A DNA stretch of 64,000 nucleotides from Candidatus Sumerlaeia bacterium. Its GTDB lineage: Bacteria; Sumerlaeota; Sumerlaeia; SLMS01; JANRJK01. Below, in pieces: positions 48,513 to 57,570 of the stretch. The stretch is taken from NCBI GenBank assembly GCA_033764015.1, contig JANRJK010000039.1:32001-96000 (forward strand), given 5' to 3'. The notes under the pieces are model-generated. The model was not told the DNA's origin. It saw only the letters and a list, made by a program, of their open reading frames with translations, and ran no database searches. Position 1 is the stretch's first letter; each line of letters begins with the position of its first letter. Both the position numbers and the translations under genes were made by a program.

Positions 48513-49007
48513 TTACCGGACCATGGCTCCCGTGGCGCCGCTTCCCGCCGGCGCCGTTGAAGTGCCGAAAAACTCGATCAGGAACGGCGACTCCCCGGTG
48601 ACCGTTGGAACGATGCGCGCACCGGCCCCAATCTGGAGCGGCGGATCGTACGAGTACTCCACTGTCTCGCCCGGCGCCTGGAGGTAGAAGTACGCAAGCG
48701 GCACCGTGCGGTCCGGAGGCGCGGCGATGGACACCTGCAGGCGCTGGGACCCCGACGCCGCCGTGGAGGATTGGTAGCTGAGCCGAACACGCGTCACAAA
48801 GAGCGCGTCGTCGGCGGTGAAGTCGTAGGTGTTGTTCGTTCCCGGGCTCTGAAGGAAGAGCTGGCGGACGCTCCCGGCGTCCCGCTTGAAGCGCGACCAA
48901 GTCGTCCCGGCGGTGTCGACCGCCTGAGAGGGAATTTGGAGGAGGGCGAAGAGCGCGGCTCCAAGGATCGCGGCCGACGTGGCGGCGAGTGTCTTTGCGC
49001 GGTTCAT
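48513..49007 (-). CDS. small secreted beta-sandwich-like protein
   Basis: AAAGGA RBS, signal peptide ending SQA-V; ends APAGSGATGAMVR. Confidence 0.8.
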   Translation of the reverse strand: MNRAKTLAATSAAILGAALFALLQIPSQAVDTAGTTWSRFKRDAGSVRQLFLQSPGTNNTYDFTADDALFVTRVRLSYQSSTAASGSQRLQVSIAAPPDRTVPLAYFYLQAPGETVEYSYDPPLQIGAGARIVPTVTGESPFLIEFFGTSTAPAGSGATGAMVR

Positions 49008-49097
49008 AGTTGGTTTTCCTTTGGGGCGCCATCAATGGCGGCGACCCTTTGCTTGTCGCTGACGGACCCGACCGGCGCAATGGCAGGCCGGGTGGGA

Positions 49098-52064
49098 TCA
49101 CTCGTCCTCGGCGTCCGGGTCGTCCTCGTCATCCCCCCGGGCAAGCGCCCGGCTGCGGCTGTCGGCGCCCTCCATGCGGTCCAGCTCGGCGAGGGCCGCC
49201 TGCGGATCCACGAGGATCTCCCGGGGCTTGCTGCCCTTGTACGGGCCGACGATGCCCATGTCCTCCAGCATATCCATCAGGCGGCCCGCGCGTGCGAAGC
49301 CCACCTTCAGCCTCCGCTGCACCAGCGACGTCGAGCCCTTCTCCCCTTCGAGGATCACGCGTGCGGCGGCGCGCACCAGCGCCTCGTCGATTTCGTCGTC
49401 CCCCGCCTGCGCGCTGCCGCCGGAGTGCGGCACGAACATACCCTCTCGCACGTCGCCCATGACGCGGTTGGTGCCGCGCGCGGGCGCCTTGGCGAAGCGT
49501 TCCTGCCCGTCGAGGTCTTCGAACATGTCGGGGTTGCCGACCAGCTTGGCGAGTTCGCGGCGCTCCTTCTCCGAAAGCAGCGGCTCGAACTCCTCGACCT
49601 CGTAGACAGGCTCCTGCTGCGCGCGCCAGTGGTCCGTGATGCGCTCCACCTCCTGGTCGCTCACGAAGGCGCCCTGCAGACGGATCGGCTTCGGCTGGCC
49701 GCCCATCGCGAACAGCATGTCGCCGCGCCCCAGCAGCGCCTCCGCGCCGTTCTGGTCGAGGATCGTCCGCGAGTCCACCTTCTGCGAAACCTGGAACGCG
49801 ATGCGGCTCGGGAAGTTGGCCTTGATGATGCCGGTGATGACGTTCACCGAGGGGCGCTGCGTGGCGAGGATGAGGTGGATGCCGACCGCGCGCGCCATCT
49901 GGGCGAGCCGCTGGATCGACTCCTCCACCTCCGCCTTCGCCGTGATCATCAGGTCCGCCAACTCGTCGACGATCACCACCATGTGCGGCATCGGCTTCAG
50001 GCTCTTGCCGATGGAGCGGCGCGACTCGCTCGGGTTCTCCGCCAGCTTGTTGTAACCGTCGATGTTGCGGACGTTGAACTCGACGAGCGTCTTGTAGCGC
50101 TCCTCCATTTGCTCCACAGCCCAAGCCAGCGCGGCGGCGGCGCGCTTCGGCTCGCACACCACCGGGGCGATCAGGTGCGGGATCCGGTCGTACACCGACA
50201 GCTCGACGCGCTTCGGATCCACCATGATCAGCTTCACCTGGTCCGGTCGCATCCGGTACAGGATGGAGCAGATGATCGAGTTGAGGCAGACGGACTTGCC
50301 GGTGCCGGTAGCGCCGGCGATCAGGAGGTGCGGCATCCGCCGCAAGTCCACGAAGTGCGGCAGTCCCTCGATCGTCTTGCCGAGCGCGAACGTCAGCGGG
50401 CTCGACTGCTCCCAGAATTCGGAGCAGGCGATCAGTTCCTTCAGGTACACGCCCTGGCGCACGCGGTTCGGCACCTCGATGCCAACCACCGCCTTGCCGG
50501 GGATCGGCGCGAGAATGCGCACGCTGACCGCCTTCATGGCCATGGCGATGTCGTGCTCGAGGGAGGCGATGCGGCTCACCTTCACGCCCGCGGCGGGCTT
50601 CAGCTCGAAGCGCGTGACCACCGGGCCCTGTCGCACCTCGATCACCTTCGCTTCGATGCCGAAGTCCGCGAAGGTCGTTTCGAGCGTCTTCGAGATTTCC
50701 AGCATTTCCTCCCGCGGCATCCGCACATCGACCTTGGGCGGGTCCTCAAGCAGCTCGATGTTCGGCAGCATGAGCGCGCGCGGGGCGGGCGCGGCGGGTG
50801 CCGCGGCGCGCTCCACCGCGGCGGCGACCCCCTCCGGCTTCGCGTCCACAGCGGCGTTGAAGATCGGGTCGCCGCCGTTCGCGTCCGGCCCCACCGGCCG
50901 TGCCGCACCGGGGGCCGTGAAGCGCGGCTCCGGGGTCGCGGCCTCCGGCTTCATCAGCTTCATCACCCGGTCGAGGCGCGGGTCGGGTGCGGCAGTCCCC
51001 GGCGGGGGAGCGGCCTCCGCGGGACGCTGGCGCGCGGGAGCGGCGGGAAACATCTGCGAAAGCTTGCCCTCCATCTGCGCGGGGGCGGGGCGCGCCGCCG
51101 GGGACGGGTTGGCGGGGTTGCCGCTCATCAGTCCCGGGGCTCCGGTGTCGTTCAGCGAAATGCGCGGTTCCGCGGGCGGCGCGGCGGGCTGGACTTCGCC
51201 GGCGAGTTCCCGGCGCAGCGCCTCCTCGAACTCGCGGTCCATCTCCGCTTCCTCAAGCGCACGCATCGCGGCTTCCGCGTCGTTGTCGAGCAGCCGCGGG
51301 AGCGGTGCGGCGTCCGCCTTGGCGCCCGCCTTCGCCGGCGCGGGCTTCGCATCCGGCGCGGGTGTGGCGGCCTCGGAGGGCGTCAGGCGGCGCACCGGAC
51401 GGCTGCGGTGCTCTTCTTCGATCTGCGCCAGTTCGTCCTCGCTCGGCAGGCCGGCGAACTCCGGGGCGGGGGCCAGCAGGTGGCGCTCGCGCCAACGCGC
51501 GACGACAGCCTGCGCCATCCCGGTGAGGCCGAGTCCGAGGTTGAGGCCCACTCCGGCGACCGTCAGCGCGCCGAGAATCATGCCCGCGCCGACGGAGCCG
51601 AACATCCCCACAAGACGCAGCCCCTCCCATTCGACTAGGAATGCGCCGAGCGCGCCCGCCCGCTCGAAGGTCTCGCGGCGGAGCGTCTCCTCATCGGCGC
51701 CCGGCAGCGCGAGGAAGCCGCACACCCCAAGCAGGACCAGCGCGACGCCCAGCGCCCGAAGCCAATGCACCCCGAGCGCGCGGCCCATGAAGAGGGCGCC
51801 AGCCTTGGCGAACAGCAGGAGCGGCACAGCCCAGGCGACGAACACGCCGAACAGGAACCGCAGCCCGGCCGCGATGCCCTCGCCGGCGGGACCCACGAGA
51901 TGGCTTTGATCCGAGGGCATCCCGAGCGAGACGGCGACGTAAAGGCCAAGCAGCAGGAGCGCCGCGCCGAAACCTTCGCGGATCCATCCCGCCGCGCCGG
52001 GCTCCCGTTCACCCGCCCGCGAGGGTTCCCGGTCTCCGTAGATCGCTGAATTCGCCGTCGCCAT
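49098..52064 (-). CDS. ftsK: DNA translocase FtsK
   Basis: N-terminal TM domain, P/A-rich linker, GPVVTRFE, MPHLLIAGATGTGKS, DELADLM, ATQRPSV, gamma domain VQRRLKVGFARAG. Confidence 0.97.
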   Translation of the reverse strand: MATANSAIYGDREPSRAGEREPGAAGWIREGFGAALLLLGLYVAVSLGMPSDQSHLVGPAGEGIAAGLRFLFGVFVAWAVPLLLFAKAGALFMGRALGVHWLRALGVALVLLGVCGFLALPGADEETLRRETFERAGALGAFLVEWEGLRLVGMFGSVGAGMILGALTVAGVGLNLGLGLTGMAQAVVARWRERHLLAPAPEFAGLPSEDELAQIEEEHRSRPVRRLTPSEAATPAPDAKPAPAKAGAKADAAPLPRLLDNDAEAAMRALEEAEMDREFEEALRRELAGEVQPAAPPAEPRISLNDTGAPGLMSGNPANPSPAARPAPAQMEGKLSQMFPAAPARQRPAEAAPPPGTAAPDPRLDRVMKLMKPEAATPEPRFTAPGAARPVGPDANGGDPIFNAAVDAKPEGVAAAVERAAAPAAPAPRALMLPNIELLEDPPKVDVRMPREEMLEISKTLETTFADFGIEAKVIEVRQGPVVTRFELKPAAGVKVSRIASLEHDIAMAMKAVSVRILAPIPGKAVVGIEVPNRVRQGVYLKELIACSEFWEQSSPLTFALGKTIEGLPHFVDLRRMPHLLIAGATGTGKSVCLNSIICSILYRMRPDQVKLIMVDPKRVELSVYDRIPHLIAPVVCEPKRAAAALAWAVEQMEERYKTLVEFNVRNIDGYNKLAENPSESRRSIGKSLKPMPHMVVIVDELADLMITAKAEVEESIQRLAQMARAVGIHLILATQRPSVNVITGIIKANFPSRIAFQVSQKVDSRTILDQNGAEALLGRGDMLFAMGGQPKPIRLQGAFVSDQEVERITDHWRAQQEPVYEVEEFEPLLSEKERRELAKLVGNPDMFEDLDGQERFAKAPARGTNRVMGDVREGMFVPHSGGSAQAGDDEIDEALVRAAARVILEGEKGSTSLVQRRLKVGFARAGRLMDMLEDMGIVGPYKGSKPREILVDPQAALAELDRMEGADSRSRALARGDDEDDPDAEDE

Positions 52065-52184
52065 ATGTCGCCCGCCGCGGGGAAAGGAGTGGTCGAACCC
52101 CGTGGATGCGCGCGGCTCGCTAACACCGGCAACATGTTTTTCCGCGTCGGAGAGGCTTGCGGAGCTTGTGCGGCGCCGGGGGCG

Positions 52185-52535
52185 CTACGCCGCCCCACGC
52201 CCCAACAGGGCCCGGCCCAGTTCCTCGCGGGTACGCACACCGCGAAGCACCAGTAGGAGGTAGACGAGCGTGGAAAGGTTGCCCAGGAGGACGAATGACA
52301 CCGTCCAAGCGGCTGTGAGGAAAGGACTGCGCTCGCGGTAGGCGACCCACAGAGCGAAGAGCGCGATGCCCACGTAGAAGTCGAACAAGGTTGCCTGGAA
52401 CCACTTGTCCTCCATGAGGGCGCCGAATCCCTCGAAGAAGCCAGTGTCCGCGGCCATGCCAGCGTGGACGAAAAACGCGGCCATCCCGAGAAGCATCAGG
52501 ACGGCCGCGGTCTTTGCGATCTTGGCGGGGCTCAA
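52185..52535 (-). CDS. DUF1475-like small membrane protein
   Basis: WFQATLFDFYVG..LFALWVAYRE...LGN...YLL; TTG start 7 nt after the desaturase stop. Confidence 0.75.
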   Translation of the reverse strand: MSPAKIAKTAAVLMLLGMAAFFVHAGMAADTGFFEGFGALMEDKWFQATLFDFYVGIALFALWVAYRERSPFLTAAWTVSFVLLGNLSTLVYLLLVLRGVRTREELGRALLGRGAA

Positions 52536-52542
52536 GCGACCC

Positions 52543-53601
52543 TCAATGCCGCGGGGGCGCGCTGTGGGCACGCGCCTCGGCGAAAGCCTGGCGGCGGCGC
52601 TGCGCCTCCTCGTAAAGCGACTTCGGGTGCGTCTTGATGTCCCAGACGAGGCCCACGAGCGACATGACGCGCAGCAAGTAGTGCGTGATGTCCAGCTCCC
52701 ACCAGTACATCCCCTGCCGCTCGGAAGCGGGATAGCGGTGGTGGTTGTTGTGCCACCCCTCGCCAAGCGTGATGATCGACAGGATGAAGCTGTTCTTGCT
52801 CTCGTCCGTCGTTTCGAAGCGCCGCTTGCCGAAGATGTGCGAAAGCGAGTTGATCGTGAAGGTGCCGTGGTACAGGAGCACGGTGCTGAAGAAGAAGCCC
52901 CAGCCTAGCATTTGCCACGCGGTGGTGCCGAGCTGCGGGAAGTACTCCTGCAAGAACAGTCCGAGCATGAAGGTGGCGACGCCCAGGGTGATCGGCGCGA
53001 TGACGTGGTACTTGTCGAGGAACTTCAGCTCCGGGAACTTCGCGAAGTCCTTGATCTCCTCCCAGCGGATCTCGCCGTACTTGCGGCACATCACCCAGCC
53101 GCAATGCGCCCACCAAAGGCCGCGGAGGCCCGGGGAGTGGATGTCCTCCTCCGTGTCCGAATGCCGGTGGTGGTGCCGATGGTGCGCCGCCCACCACAGG
53201 GGCCCCTGCTGCGCGGAGGACGCGCCGAGGAACGCCAGGCAGAACTGGAACCAGCGGCTTGTCTTGAAGGTGCGGTGCGAGAAGTAGCGGTGGTAGCCGC
53301 CGGTGATCGCGAACATGCGGATGAAATATAGGAACAGGCAGAACCCGAGCGCCACCCAATTGAACCCGGTGGCCACCACGAACGCCACCGCTGCGACGTG
53401 CACACCCAGGAACGGGATGCTGCCGAGGAAATCGATGCTTTCGATCGCCTCTTTCGGGCGCTTGTAGAGCGACAAAGTCAGCGTTCGCGGGCTCGCGAGG
53501 ATCTCGCGCGCGCGGCGGGCCTTCTCGGAATCGATCCGGACGCCGTCGCCGTGGTCGTGGTGGTCGTCGGCGGGGGTGTTCATAGGCACTTCGAGCGACA
53601 T
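52543..53601 (-). CDS. membrane fatty-acid desaturase (delta-9 acyl-CoA type)
   Basis: His boxes GYHRYFSH, HHRHHHRHSD, GEGWHNNHH; INSLSH. Confidence 0.95.
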   Translation of the reverse strand: MSLEVPMNTPADDHHDHGDGVRIDSEKARRAREILASPRTLTLSLYKRPKEAIESIDFLGSIPFLGVHVAAVAFVVATGFNWVALGFCLFLYFIRMFAITGGYHRYFSHRTFKTSRWFQFCLAFLGASSAQQGPLWWAAHHRHHHRHSDTEEDIHSPGLRGLWWAHCGWVMCRKYGEIRWEEIKDFAKFPELKFLDKYHVIAPITLGVATFMLGLFLQEYFPQLGTTAWQMLGWGFFFSTVLLYHGTFTINSLSHIFGKRRFETTDESKNSFILSIITLGEGWHNNHHRYPASERQGMYWWELDITHYLLRVMSLVGLVWDIKTHPKSLYEEAQRRRQAFAEARAHSAPPRH

Positions 53602-53611
53602 CGGCTCTCCT

Positions 53612-55603
53612 TCAGCTTGCGGGCAGTGCGCGGTTGTTCGGTCGGGTCAGCACGAGCTGCACGTTCGAGATGGTACGGGTGGAGAAGCCAGCCTCGCAAT
53701 AGCAGAAATAGTACTCCCACATGCGGATGAACCGGTTGTCGAAGCCGAGCTGCTCGACCTCCGCGCGCTTGGCGAGGAAACGGTCGCGCCACTCCCGCAG
53801 CGTCCGGGCGTAGTGCACGCCGATGTCGTCCACCCGGTGCACGATCAGCCGGGACGCGCTGGTCATCGCGTTCACCATCGCGGTGATCGAGGGGCACACG
53901 GCGCCGGGGAAGATGTGCTTCTGGATGAAGTCGCAATTGCGGAGGTAGCGCGCGTAGCGCTGGTCCGGCATCGTGATCCCCTGGATCACCGCGAGGCCGT
54001 CCGGCTTCATCAGCCGGTCGATCGCGGCGAAGTAGGCCGGCAGGTTTTCGTGCCCGACCGCCTCGATCATCTCGATGGAGACCACCTTGTCGAAGGAGCC
54101 TTCGAGATCGCGGTAGTCGATCAGCCTCAGGTCGATCCGGCCCTCGAGGCCGCACTCGGCGATCCGCGCCTTGGCGAAGGCGAGTTGCTCCTTCGAAAGC
54201 GTGATGCCAGTCACGCGGCAGCCGATGGTTTGAGCCGCGCGGATCGCGAAACCGCCCCAGCCGCAGCCGATCTCCAGGACGTGGTCCGTGGGCTTGAGGT
54301 ACGCCTTCGAGATGATCGCGTCCAGCTTCGCGACCTGCGCCTCGTGGTGCGTCGTTTCCGGCGAGGGGTAGACCCCGGAGGAGTACATCATCGTCGCCGG
54401 GTCGAGGAAGAGCTGGAAGAAGTCGTTCGACAAGTCGTAGTGGGCGGCGATGTTGCGCCGCGATCCCGCGCGCGAGTTCCGCCGCAGGAGGTGCGCAGCG
54501 CGGTTCGCCAGCGAGCCGAGCAGCGCCGTCGCGGGTTGGTCCTCGTTCACGTTCTGGATGTTGTCCGCGAAGAACGCCAGCGTCGCCGTCAGGTCCGGTG
54601 TGCTCCACTCGCCGGCCATGTACGACTCGGCGAACCCGATGTCGCCATCCGCGAGGCATCGGCTGAAGAAGTTCCAGTCGCTCACTCGCATCGAGGATTC
54701 CAGCCCGCCACCCTTGCCGAAGGTCCGTTGCGTGCGGTCGGGCAGCTCCACCGACAGGCGCCCGGTGGCCATGCGTTCGAACTGGCCCAGGATAAGGCTG
54801 GTGCCGAGCCGCTGGATCGCCGAGGGGGGCTCGGGGCGTACGGTAAGCGCGCTGGTGGGGCTGGGCTTGGGATACACCGGGAGTCCTTTTCCGTAGTACA
54901 GTTTCGCCGCCTGCCAGACGATCCGCGGCATCGTGAGTGCCGTGGCGAACGGCATCGCCGCAAGCGTCCGGGTCAAATCGCCCGTTGTGAAGGGACGCAT
55001 CTTTCCCCGCAAGCTTGCGTAGAAGGCCGCTTTGCCTTCGCGCAGCACATTTACGCGGATATCGAGCCGGTCGCCCAGCTCTGCCAGGTGGAAGTCGAAG
55101 TCTCCCGCCCGCTCGTAGAACGGCGACACGTGGAAGTCCTTCGCCATGGTGAAGCGGCCGAGGAAGCCCGGCGGAGCCCCGCGCCCCGCGCCGACCATCG
55201 GGTACAGGTGCCGTTCCCCGAAGGTGTTGTTCACCTCCGCGAGGTACGCCACCGGGCGTCCATCGCCTCCGTAGGCGTAGAAGAAGCTAACGGGGTTGAA
55301 CGCGTAGTTCATCAGTCGCGCGGTCGTCACCAGCTCGACGCGCGCGACGTCCTCTTCGAGGCCGAAGCGTCGGAGCAGCGCGATGAGCCGTTCCTTGAGC
55401 GGCGCTCCGCCCCCCTCGAGGTAGTCGCGTTCGAGGAGCGACACAAGCCCGGGCCGGTTGTGCGCGAACATGGGGATCCTCCGCGCCAGCTCGGGGAGTT
55501 CATCCAGATCGAAACAGTAGCAGAAGACGGGATAGCGGAACGTGTGGCGCACCGGGTCGAGGCGCGCGTGCGCCACCTCGCCGACGTAGAGGCGGCTCCT
55601 CAA
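53612..55603 (-). CDS. fusion of DUF1365 (UfaO-like) and cyclopropane-fatty-acyl-phospholipid synthase-family methyltransferase (UfaM/Cfa-like)
   Basis: N-half HARLDP.RHTFRY, FNPVSF, EVNNTFGERH, KDFHVSPF, IVWQA.KL; C-half GFAESYM.GEW, NIAAHYDLSN, LEIGCGWG, SIEMIEAVG, WEYYFCYCEAGF; single frame. Confidence 0.9.
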   Translation of the reverse strand: MRSRLYVGEVAHARLDPVRHTFRYPVFCYCFDLDELPELARRIPMFAHNRPGLVSLLERDYLEGGGAPLKERLIALLRRFGLEEDVARVELVTTARLMNYAFNPVSFFYAYGGDGRPVAYLAEVNNTFGERHLYPMVGAGRGAPPGFLGRFTMAKDFHVSPFYERAGDFDFHLAELGDRLDIRVNVLREGKAAFYASLRGKMRPFTTGDLTRTLAAMPFATALTMPRIVWQAAKLYYGKGLPVYPKPSPTSALTVRPEPPSAIQRLGTSLILGQFERMATGRLSVELPDRTQRTFGKGGGLESSMRVSDWNFFSRCLADGDIGFAESYMAGEWSTPDLTATLAFFADNIQNVNEDQPATALLGSLANRAAHLLRRNSRAGSRRNIAAHYDLSNDFFQLFLDPATMMYSSGVYPSPETTHHEAQVAKLDAIISKAYLKPTDHVLEIGCGWGGFAIRAAQTIGCRVTGITLSKEQLAFAKARIAECGLEGRIDLRLIDYRDLEGSFDKVVSIEMIEAVGHENLPAYFAAIDRLMKPDGLAVIQGITMPDQRYARYLRNCDFIQKHIFPGAVCPSITAMVNAMTSASRLIVHRVDDIGVHYARTLREWRDRFLAKRAEVEQLGFDNRFIRMWEYYFCYCEAGFSTRTISNVQLVLTRPNNRALPAS

Positions 55604-56904
55604 AGCTCCTGCCCGAACGCCTTGGCGACCGCGACGCCGCTCTTGATCGCGTCCTCGTGGAAGCCGTAGCCGAAGTAGCTGCCCGCGAAGTGCGTCCGCC
55701 GCTCGCCGTTCAGCCGACGCAGCGGCTCCTGCGTCGCGATCGACGCCTCCGTGTAGAGCGGGTGCGTGTACTGGAACTCGCGGACCACGCGCTTCGGATC
55801 GATCACGCCGGCGCGGTTCAGCGTCACCAGGTAGCGGCGCCGAGTCGCGAGCCCCTGCAACCGGTTCATGTCGTAGGTCACCGACAGGTTGCCGTCCGCA
55901 TCGCCGCCCGACTCGCGGACGTAGTTCCACGAGGCCCAGGCGCGCGGCTCCGGCGGCAGCACCCGCGTGTCGAAATGCAGGAGCGTGTGGTTCCGGTTGT
56001 AGCTCCACGCGCCGAGGAGGCGGCGCTCTTCCTCAGACGGGTCGGCAAGGAGCCGGAGCGCTTCGTCCGCGTGCGTGGCGACCACCGCGTGATCGAAGAG
56101 GCGCAGCTCGCCGCTCGCGAGGCGCACGCGCACGGCGTCCTCCCGCCGCTCGAGCGCCTCGACCGGACTCGCTGTGAAAACTTCGCCCTTGAACGAGCGC
56201 AGGAACGCCTTCACGTAGCTTTGGCTGCCCCCCACCACCGTCTGCCAACGGGGCCGGTTCTCCATCGACAGCAGTCCGTGGTTGCGGAAGAACGCAACCA
56301 GCGTCCGCGCCGGGAATCGAAGCATGCCGCGCGCGCTTGTGGACCAGATCGCCGCGCCCATCGGCAACAGGTAGCCGCGCACGAAGAACCCGTCGAACCG
56401 CTCGCGGCGGACGAACTCGCCCAGCGTGATTCCGTCCAGGCGGCCGCCGTCGAGCGCCTCGCCCGCGAGGCGGCAAAAGCGGCGGATCTCCGCGAGGAAG
56501 CGCCAGAAACGCGGGCTTGCGAGGTTCGAGCGCTGCGCGAAAAGGCCGTTCCAATCGGTGCCGGCGTAGCGGAACCCTGTCCGCTCGTCCCAGAATGCGA
56601 AGGACATGTCGCTCCACCGCCACGGCACGCCGAGGCTCTTCAGGAAGCGGTGCATCGTGGGATAGGTCTTGTTGTTCAGGACGATGAAGCCGGTGTCGAC
56701 CGGCGTGCCCGCATCCGGGCCGTCCCCGAGCACCACCGTGTTGGTATGGCCGCCGACGTAGGAGTTGCGCTCGAACATCGTGACGTCGTGCGCCCGCTGG
56801 AGCAGGTGCGCGGCGGAGACGCCGGCCGCGCCACCACCAATCACGGCGATGCGCAGGCGTCTCGCGGGGCCTTGGGGCGGGCGGGGTTCTCGCAATCTAG
56901 TCAC
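55600..56904 (-). CDS. FAD-dependent oxidoreductase, amine-oxidase family (UfaD/RSP1091-like)
   Basis: IGGGAAG, GGHTNT, VDTGFIV.N..TYP, SDMSF, PMGAAIWS, FFRNHGLL, WASWNY, TYDMNRLQ, GFHED. Confidence 0.93.
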   Translation of the reverse strand: MTRLREPRPPQGPARRLRIAVIGGGAAGVSAAHLLQRAHDVTMFERNSYVGGHTNTVVLGDGPDAGTPVDTGFIVLNNKTYPTMHRFLKSLGVPWRWSDMSFAFWDERTGFRYAGTDWNGLFAQRSNLASPRFWRFLAEIRRFCRLAGEALDGGRLDGITLGEFVRRERFDGFFVRGYLLPMGAAIWSTSARGMLRFPARTLVAFFRNHGLLSMENRPRWQTVVGGSQSYVKAFLRSFKGEVFTASPVEALERREDAVRVRLASGELRLFDHAVVATHADEALRLLADPSEEERRLLGAWSYNRNHTLLHFDTRVLPPEPRAWASWNYVRESGGDADGNLSVTYDMNRLQGLATRRRYLVTLNRAGVIDPKRVVREFQYTHPLYTEASIATQEPLRRLNGERRTHFAGSYFGYGFHEDAIKSGVAVAKAFGQEL

Positions 56905-56921
56905 TGCCTATAGGATGCTGT

Positions 56922-56937
56922 TGTCTAGTTCTGGACA
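56922..56937. promoter_or_regulatory. candidate operator upstream of the lipid-modification operon
   Basis: TGTCTAG-TT-CTGGACA imperfect palindrome (1 mismatch) 17 nt upstream of the GTG start. Confidence 0.35.
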
Positions 56938-56985
56938 CTCAGGTGTGATGTTGGCGAGCGGTGTGCCAATGGCGCCCCGGGGCGC

Positions 56986-57024
56986 AAAGCGAACGGCGCC
57001 GTCCCCATGGGGGAGACGGCGCCG
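56986..57024 (-). terminator. probable intrinsic terminator of the cold-shock gene
   Basis: CGGCGCCGTC...GACGGCGCCG stem followed on the minus strand by TTCGCTTT. Confidence 0.65.
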
Positions 57025-57073
57025 CTGTTTGAGCCTCGCTCAGGAGCGCATCGCGAGCGACGCGCCTGCCTGG

Positions 57074-57277
57074 TTACTGAGGGGTGACCTTATCGGCCTG
57101 CATGCCCTTCGGGCCCTTGACGGCCTCGAAGTTCACGCGCTGGCCTTCCTGAAGGGTCCGGAAACCCTTCGTCTGGATCGCTGTGTGGTGGACGAAGAGG
57201 TCCCCGCTGGCGTCGTCGGGCGAGATGAAACCGTAGCCCTTAGCTTCGTTGAACCACTTCACTGTGCCTGCTGCCAT
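57074..57277 (-). CDS. csp: cold-shock protein (CspA family)
   Basis: [34 protein letters not shown]; long non-coding upstream region. Confidence 0.97.
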   Translation of the reverse strand: MAAGTVKWFNEAKGYGFISPDDASGDLFVHHTAIQTKGFRTLQEGQRVNFEAVKGPKGMQADKVTPQ

Positions 57278-57570
57278 GATCTTAGGCTTCCTGGTTGGTA
57301 TTGCGTGCCTGAAGAAAAAATCGGCTGTGCCCAACCTGGATCGCCTCCGCCCCGGCCTTGCCGCCAACCTTCCGGGACGCTTCGGCTACGAACGGCCCGG
57401 AGGCCGAATCGATGCCGACAACAAACCGCGAGAGGTGTTGGGCTTTGAAGTGGGAGGAAACGCTAGGAAGCAGAACGACAACCAGACTTTCTTGTAGGTG
57501 CGAACGCATCAAGCACTCGTCGTGCACGCCGTGTCAAGGGGCGATTTCGCGAATGTCGCCCGCGGAACGG

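Noticed and set aside
57278..57570. Small ORFs or an sRNA upstream of csp
   Set aside because: Most simply the long 5' UTR and promoter typical of csp genes (TTGACA at 57532-57537, minus strand); the short ORFs lack coding features
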